Below the pieces are notes generated by a model, which ran no database searches, was not told the DNA's origin, and worked only from the letters and a program-made list of their open reading frames with translations. A DNA stretch of 64,000 bases from Octopus vulgaris. Lineage: Eukaryota. Numbering within the stretch: position 1 is the stretch's first letter; every line of letters starts with the position of its first letter. The stretch spans positions 117,118,001 through 117,182,000 of the forward strand of contig OX597822.1 in assembly GCA_951406725.2 (NCBI GenBank), given 5' to 3'. Positions 57,572 to 64,000 of this stretch are shown in pieces. Made by a program: the position numbers and the translations under genes.

Positions 57572-58240
57572 CACAGGTGCCAGTAAGGCAATGCTGGTAA
57601 CGATCATGCTTGAATGGTGTCTTTTACGTGCCACCAGCACGGAGGCCAGATAGCCGCTCTGGCAACGATCATGCTCGGATGGTGCTCTTAATACCCTACT
57701 AGCATGACGGTATGGCTGGTTTAAATGCTAGAGGGTTAAACAGCATCTTATGTTGGAACACAATGCAGGGATTCAAAAGTTTTGTGAAGTACAGAGTTAG
57801 CTTTTAGACACTACAGCTTTTAGGTCTGCTTTTATTTAGGGTGATTGTATTCATATTGAGGGCCGAACTTGTGAGTGAAATGGTTCTGTGGATAAGGTAT
57901 ACAGGATGTGGAGGTTGGTTTTGTGGATAAAGCTTACAGGATATGTGTCATACAGGCCCATCAGTTTGTGGACCCTGATGATGCATGAACCAGTTTCCCT
58001 ATTTAAGAGTTAAATAGGCCATGTGCTGAACTTTAAGGGTATGCTCACAAGACCAGGAAACTAGCAGAGTAAACCCTAAATTAACCAGCAGAATGCAATG
58101 TGAAATCATTGCTATATCATTCCTAAGAAAAATAATGAATCTTTAAACTTCAGAGTAGAGCTCCATGATTGCCAATGCCGGTAGGCATAGCACATGAAGT
58201 GAGTGGTTGAAAGTACCCTGAGTAATATATGCTTTGTGTT

Positions 58241-58461
58241 TGAGTGGATGCTGAAAAGTTCCTGGCTTTAAGGGTATCATGAAAGGCCTGGTTGGAGGCC
58301 CAACCTTCTGAGTTATTTTACAGGGCTTAGGAAAACTGAAGGACCACTACTGCAATAAGTATGTGAATCTGAGAGGGGAATATGTTGAATAAAATCATAA
58401 TTAACTAATCCTCCTGTATTTTCTTTTACCCAAAACTAGTTGCTTTTCAGCACCCACTTTG
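58241..58461. mobile_element. Mariner-like MITE
   Basis: GAGTGGATGCTGAAAAG...CTTTTCAGCACCCACT inverted termini. Confidence 0.6.
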
Positions 58462-58496
<35 letters not shown>

Positions 58497-58500
<4 letters not shown>

Positions 58501-58780
58501 GTTAGGATGTTGCACTCATGATTGCGAGATCATGGGTTCAATTCCCAGACTGAGCGCTATGTTGTGTTCTTGAGCAGATCTCTTCATTTCATGTTGCTCT
58601 GTGATCAGTTCGTCATCTGACATGTGGCACCCTGTTGCACCTGTACAGGTAATGTCGATTTGATGAAGGGAGTGAGCTTATGTATACACAAACATTCGAT
58701 CACTATAAGCAAATCATTTGTATGGGTGTTCGACAAGAAATTGCTAAACCCTCATATGTTGTCTAACAACAGGAGAGTCC
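58497..58780 (+). mobile_element. tRNA-headed SINE (family D-like, related head at 3358/8377)
   Basis: TAGTGGTTAGGATGTTGCACTCATGATT...GGTTCAATTCCC...TTGTGTTCTTGAGCA. Confidence 0.6.
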
Positions 58781-58792
58781 ATTATGATATAT

Positions 58793-58841
<49 letters not shown>

Positions 58842-60904
58842 CTAGCAGAGATACCCGGCGTTGTTCGGGATTAAAATGGCGTAGTTTGTATATAATATAT
58901 TACAGTTATGTTGAAACAGGTGATATGGGAAAGTGCAGCATTGACGACAAAACATTTGTGGAGTAAATGCTGGGCTAATTCAACTAAGCAACATGCTATG
59001 CGTTTGTTTGGAGTATTTTAGGCCCTAACCTGTCATGGAAAATTGGAGGTGGGAGTTAAGGGATTTTTGAATGCACTGAAAAACTGTCAGTGGACATACT
59101 CTCCTTTGCAGCGGTTGGTGCTGTGTCTAACACAAGCCATCATCTGAAATTTTGACACTTCTGTTGGATTTGTTGTCCTACATCACTCACAAAGTAAATT
59201 TGGAGGAACTATGGTTGTTCATTTGCGGGTAACAGGGAACCAATGAGGTGATATACTTACCCTTGAACTTTCAAGTCGGCGTAAATTCATGTTTATCTAT
59301 CTTCTTAGATGCATCAAACGATGTCATTTGAAATGCAGAGTTGTATTGTCTGATATTATTCATAAAATCCTTTGACTGGATGGAAATGCCTTCTAGAAGA
59401 TTCATAAGAGGTTGAGAAGGAGCTGGTAGTGCTGGCAATGTTACCTGACTGCCTGAGCAGAACATACCATTTGCTTCATTTGAAAATTTTAAAGCTCTAC
59501 ATAAACGACAATTTGTGTTTAGCACACCAATTTGGACAGAGTTATCATTTTCATAAGAATGGGATGGATCATATCTGAAAACAGCTTCAGGAATTGTGAA
59601 GAATGAATTTGTACATAGTCTGCTTCTGAGAGTTTTTCTATTGGACCTCTGTCTAATCATTAAAACATTGTTTAATGCTGCAACATGCATGCACGTATGT
59701 GTGTGTGTGAGAGAGAAAGAGAGTAAAAAAGAGAGATAGAGTGAGTGAGTGAAGGTGTGTGTCGTGATGATTGATGTCTTTTAAGGTACACACACACATG
59801 TAGAAAATGTGACATCATCGTATAACATTTATGATAGTTGATTTATGGAAAAGATTATAATGTTAAATTTTTGAAATGCAAATATGTGAATGGCAATTAA
59901 GTTTAATTTGTAGCCGAAATAGTACTGAATCTTTTGATATCCCATACATCAAAATCTGTAACTCAGTTTTGGAATGCATAAGGAATATATATACACACAT
60001 GTATATATAGGACAGACTTTTTTCAAACTGAAAGTATTATCTCACATTACAATAGAGACATAACACTGAATTAGTGTAAGATATGAGAGATTGTTCTGGG
60101 CTCGCATTAGGCAAGAAGTTGGAAATTTTTTTGGCCCATGACACTTCATGGACCTTGGCTTTTATATTCGACGACTGTTACTTTAAGTATTTTATTTCGA
60201 TTTTATGTATATATGTATGTATGAGGCAATGAGGTAGACTCTACATGGTAGCTACGCCTGTTAGAAATAGCAGCCAAATCTCCCTCAAAACACCCTACTG
60301 CCTTAATCCAACAATTCTGCCTATTATGTAGTTTGAATGAGAAACTGTAACTAAAGATTAAGATTATTAACTTCAAAATTTTACGCATTTTAATAGCAAT
60401 CAATTTTTTCTCTTTATTTGTGTAGCTTTTCATGTCAGCTGTAAAGGTAAAAAGGGTTAACTTGGACGGTGTTAAGTAGTGGAGATGTTTCGTGATTCTA
60501 TGGGGTGGTTACTTTTGACTGTTTCTTCTCAATAAGGATAACTGATTGATAACAAATCTTAACACAATATATATTCAACTTCAAGTGGAATTGCACACCA
60601 TAAGAGAGACAGCATAGCAACGGTTTTGACTGACTGTTATCCTGTACTCCCTTTGTTGCTAGCGAAATGGTATGTGCCAACCGTTTCAGCAACTGGTTGA
60701 TTTTAATGGCAGAACAAACTGGATAAAAAAATTACAAAAATAGCGATTCTCACCTTGAAACTAACTATTTTGAAAATCTTTTTAGATTATGGAATGCCCT
60801 GCTCTCTCATGTATCCATGTTTAAAATTTCAGCGGGATCAGATGAACAATACTTGAGTTATAAGTGCACAAACAGACAGACAGAATGGATTTTATATATT
60901 AAGA
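58842..60904 (-). mobile_element. Internally deleted Helitron
   Basis: Minus 5' TCTTAATATATAAAAT followed by (CTGT)n; 3' hairpin CCCGAACAACGCCGGG..CTAG|T; Rep remnant inside. Could be a composite of two elements. Confidence 0.7.
59180..59600 (-). pseudogene. Helitron Rep/helicase N-terminal fragment
   Basis: YDP..IG..CRLCRALKF..E..GMFC..VTLP..PL..LL..SKDFMNNIRQYNSAFQMTSF, then after a frameshift KVQG*VYHLIGSLLP..*FLQIYF. Confidence 0.9.
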
Positions 60905-60908
60905 TATA

Positions 60909-61440
60909 TATTGGGTCTTCCCATAAATAATGTGGTCTATTTATACTTCTTTTATTTTTCGAAATTAAGACAAACAAAGTTCTTTTTAAATCTAAAATAT
61001 GCTCTCCTTCATTTTCTACGATGCTCTTCTATCTATCTGGTAGACTTGCAAGGCCCCTCTTCCAAAGTTCCCTTGTTCATGATGAAAAATACTCCTCCAG
61101 TACTATTTTGACTTCGTCTACAGAATTCATATTTTTTTCCTTCCAAATGATTTGGAAGACTGTGGAATAAATGTTAATCAGATGGGGAAATGTCTGGCGA
61201 ATATGGTGGGTGGGGCATCATTTCCCATTCAAACAATTCCAGCCTTTTGAATGACATCCTCATTGTATGTGGCTGAGCATTATCCTAATGGAAGAACACC
61301 TTTAGTCTTCAAAACCAAAGATGGTCATTTTTCTTCTAGCGCTGATTTAAGCCACTCAAGCTGCTTGCAGTAGATCTCCTTCGTTATCATTTGGCTTGGG
61401 TTTAAAAGTTTCTTCTCTGCAGCCCCTCATATATATCTTT
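60909..61440 (-). pseudogene. Mariner transposase C-terminal remnant with terminal sequence
   Basis: Minus strand FFH*DNAQPH and FEWEMMPHPPYSPDISPSD*HLFHSL match the mariner HDNARPH and YSPDLAPSD motifs, with stops. Confidence 0.88.
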
Positions 61441-61867
61441 CTATTTTCTGATTGTTGGGCATCTTTTATCTTTTACTTTTTTAACTTCTTTGAGCCATTG
61501 AACTGTGATCTTGCTGGGGCACCACCTTGGTGAGCAGCGGGACTGAACCTGAAACCAGGTGATTAGGAAACAATCTTCTTACCACACAGCCATGTGTATA
61601 AGTGAGCACGTGCGTGTGTGCATGCGCATGTGTGCATGTGCATGTGTGCTGCATGTGTGTTTGTATGTTGCATGCATGCATATATGCGTTGTTAATGAAT
61701 GTTTGTATGTTGTGTGTGTACAAGTGTATGCATGCATGCGCATGGGTGTATGTGTGCGTGTGCATGTGCATGTTCGTATGTGTTGTTCATGAATGTGTGT
61801 ATGCTGTGTGTGCACATGTGTGTGTGTGTGTGTGTGTGTGCGTGTGCACACACATGCATAGGTATCT

Positions 61868-62085
61868 CTTTACTCTTTTACTCTTTTTCTTGTTTCAGTC
61901 ATTTGACTGTGGCCATGCTGGAGCACCGCCTTTAGTCAAGCAAATCAACCCCAGGACTTATTCTTTGTAAGCCTAGTACTTATTCTATCAGTCTCTTTTG
62001 CTGAAGCGCTAAGTTACGGGAATGTAAACACACCAGCATCAGTTGTCAAGCGATGTTGGGGGAACAAACAGACACACAAACATAT

Positions 62086-62134
<49 letters not shown>

Positions 62135-62305
62135 CATATATACGACGGGCTTCTTTCAGTTTCTGTCTACCAAATCCACTCACAAGGCTTTGGTCGGTCT
62201 GAGGCTACAGTAGAAGACACTTACCCAAGGTGCCATGCAGTGGAACTGAACCCGGAACCATGTGGTTGGTAAGCAAGCTACTTACCACTCAGCCACTCCT
62301 ACACC
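61868..62305 (-). mobile_element. Full-length SINE family A
   Basis: Reverse complement of 21738-22145. Confidence 0.9.
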
Positions 62306-62934
62306 CATGTACAGGTTTCTGCATATTTGGTGTAAAATATTTATCTAATTTTATTGCAGCTTCAATGTATTAAAAAAATCCATAAAACAAGTCTTCTATG
62401 TTGAAAAAAAGCCAGACACACCTATCAAAGGTGATATTAGAAAGAATTAATGATTATTGATTTCTTTTTTATTTATTTATTTCTTTGTTTTTATCAGACA
62501 ACAAACTTATCATGACTAGCAAATCATTTAAAAAACAGTTTCATTTTCGGTTGGTTTGATCTGAAGGAAGAGGCAGCACCTAATGCATGCACATTTGCAG
62601 AACCTCTGAGTCCAGTTACCATTCCTCTTGAATAATTACAAGTTGACAGCTGCTGGGGAAAACACAGGCAGAGAGTGAATTCCAAAAAGCTCTTCTTTAG
62701 GGAAAGATTGACTGGACATGGTATTTAGTGCGGGGCATGGTACTGGAACAATACCATTTGTTGACTCTGTATTGGTTGGATGAACCTTTTTCTCTAGGTA
62801 TAGTTCAGAGAGACACTATGTTACGATATTGCCAATAGAACCCCTATGTTACTGTGTGTATATGTATGCATTTGTGTGTGTGTGAGAATGATGATGATGA
62901 TGATGATATGTATATATTGTTATCAGCATCATCA

Positions 62935-63140
62935 TCAGCATCATCATTTAACATGCCTTATTCTATGATGGCATTGGTTGGATGGTTCGACAAGAACAGA
63001 TGAGCCAGAGAGCTCTGTCAGGTTCCGTTGTCTGCTTTGGCATAGTTTCAACAACTGGATGTCCTTCTCGACACCCACTGCTTAACAGAGTGGACGAGGT
63101 TCTTTTTTATATGGTATTGGCACTGGCACCAGTGAGGTCA
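62935..63140 (-). mobile_element. Old family B-like tail
   Basis: (CAT)n TTTAACATGCC...GGTTGGATGG...CTGGATGTCCTTC. Confidence 0.55.
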
Positions 63141-63346
63141 TCAAGGACTCGCAAGATAAGATCCCTCAGCTGAGCAGGGTATAGACTGGAGATAAAGAAA
63201 CTATGATAGAGGGAGAGAGGAGCAGGGGACTTGCTGAAGAGGTGAATGCATGGCTTGTCCATCTGGAAAGGGAGAAAGACAGAGAAGAAACAGATATGAG
63301 GTTCAGCTACAATGTAAATATGAGACAGAATAGGAAGCTTTGAAAA

Positions 63347-63580
63347 GGCGGTGATCTGGCAGAATCATTAGCATGCTGGGCGAAATGCTAAGCGGTATTT
63401 CGTCTGCTGTTACGTTCTGAGTTCAAATTCTACCAAGGTCGATTTTTGCCTTTCATCCTTTCGGAGTCGATTAAATAAGTACCAGTTATGCACTGGGGAT
63501 GATATAATCGACTTAATCTGTTTGTCTGTCCTTGTTTGTCCTCTCTGTGTTTAGCCCCTTGTGGGTAGTAAAGAAATAGG
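63347..63580 (+). mobile_element. SINE with a Meta/MESC-like central domain
   Basis: B-box-like GAGTTCAAATTC then GCCTTTCATCCTTTCGGAGTCGATTAAATAAGTACCAG, which I recall as resembling the MetaSINE/Sauria-type core (not verified by search). Confidence 0.6.
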
Positions 63581-63585
63581 AATTT

Positions 63586-63676
63586 GTGGTACCTTGGGCA
63601 AGTGTCTATTACTATAGCTTCAGGCCAACCAAAGCCTTGTGAGTGGATTTGGTAGACGGAAACTGAAAGAAGCCTG

Positions 63677-63743
<67 letters not shown>

Positions 63744-63960
63744 TATGTTTGTGTGCGCCTGTGTTTGTCCCCACCATCACTTGACAACTGAGGCTGGTGT
63801 GTTTATGTCCCTGTAACTTAGCAGTTAAGCAAAAAGAGACTACTAGAATAAGTACTAGGCTCACAAAGAATAAGTCCAGGGGTTGATTTGTTCAACTAAA
63901 GGCAGTGCTCCAGCATGGCCGCAGTCAAATGACTGAAACAAATAAAAGAGTAAAAGAGTA
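63586..63960 (+). mobile_element. 5'-truncated SINE family A
   Basis: CCTTGGGCAAGTGTC...GGATTTGGTAGACGGAAACTG...(TA)n...GACTGAAACAAATAAAAGAG. Confidence 0.88.
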
Positions 63961-64000
63961 TAATCTGAACAGTTAACAGAGCCACCATATTCCTTTATAG

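Overview
Eukaryotic, AT-rich, repeat-saturated DNA with no host protein-coding gene that I can support. The mix of tRNA-headed SINEs inserted in (TA)n/(TACA)n tracts, Penelope-like fragments, Helitrons and MITEs resembles a coleoid cephalopod (Octopus-like) genome; this is inference only. The dominant feature is a 66-bp tandem array (about 200 units at ~28.1-41.4 kb, about 80 more at 46.8-52.2 kb) that grew from the internal sub-repeat of a dispersed retroposon family (called B here). The segment 46792-57571 repeats ~36-46.7 kb across a 100-N gap and is probably a second haplotype or contig overlap. The most interesting unannotated signal is a set of type I hammerhead-ribozyme motifs in short fold-back (Penelope-like) elements. 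The best is a near-perfect 289-bp-arm palindrome at 23131-23793 with a nearly canonical hammerhead in each arm, one per strand. The only recognisable coding remnants are decayed transposon pieces: Helitron Rep, mariner, Tigger/pogo-like and CR1-type LINE C-termini. Most ORF-track entries are microsatellite or satellite artefacts. Family letters A-E are my own labels and most boundaries are approximate, read by eye.
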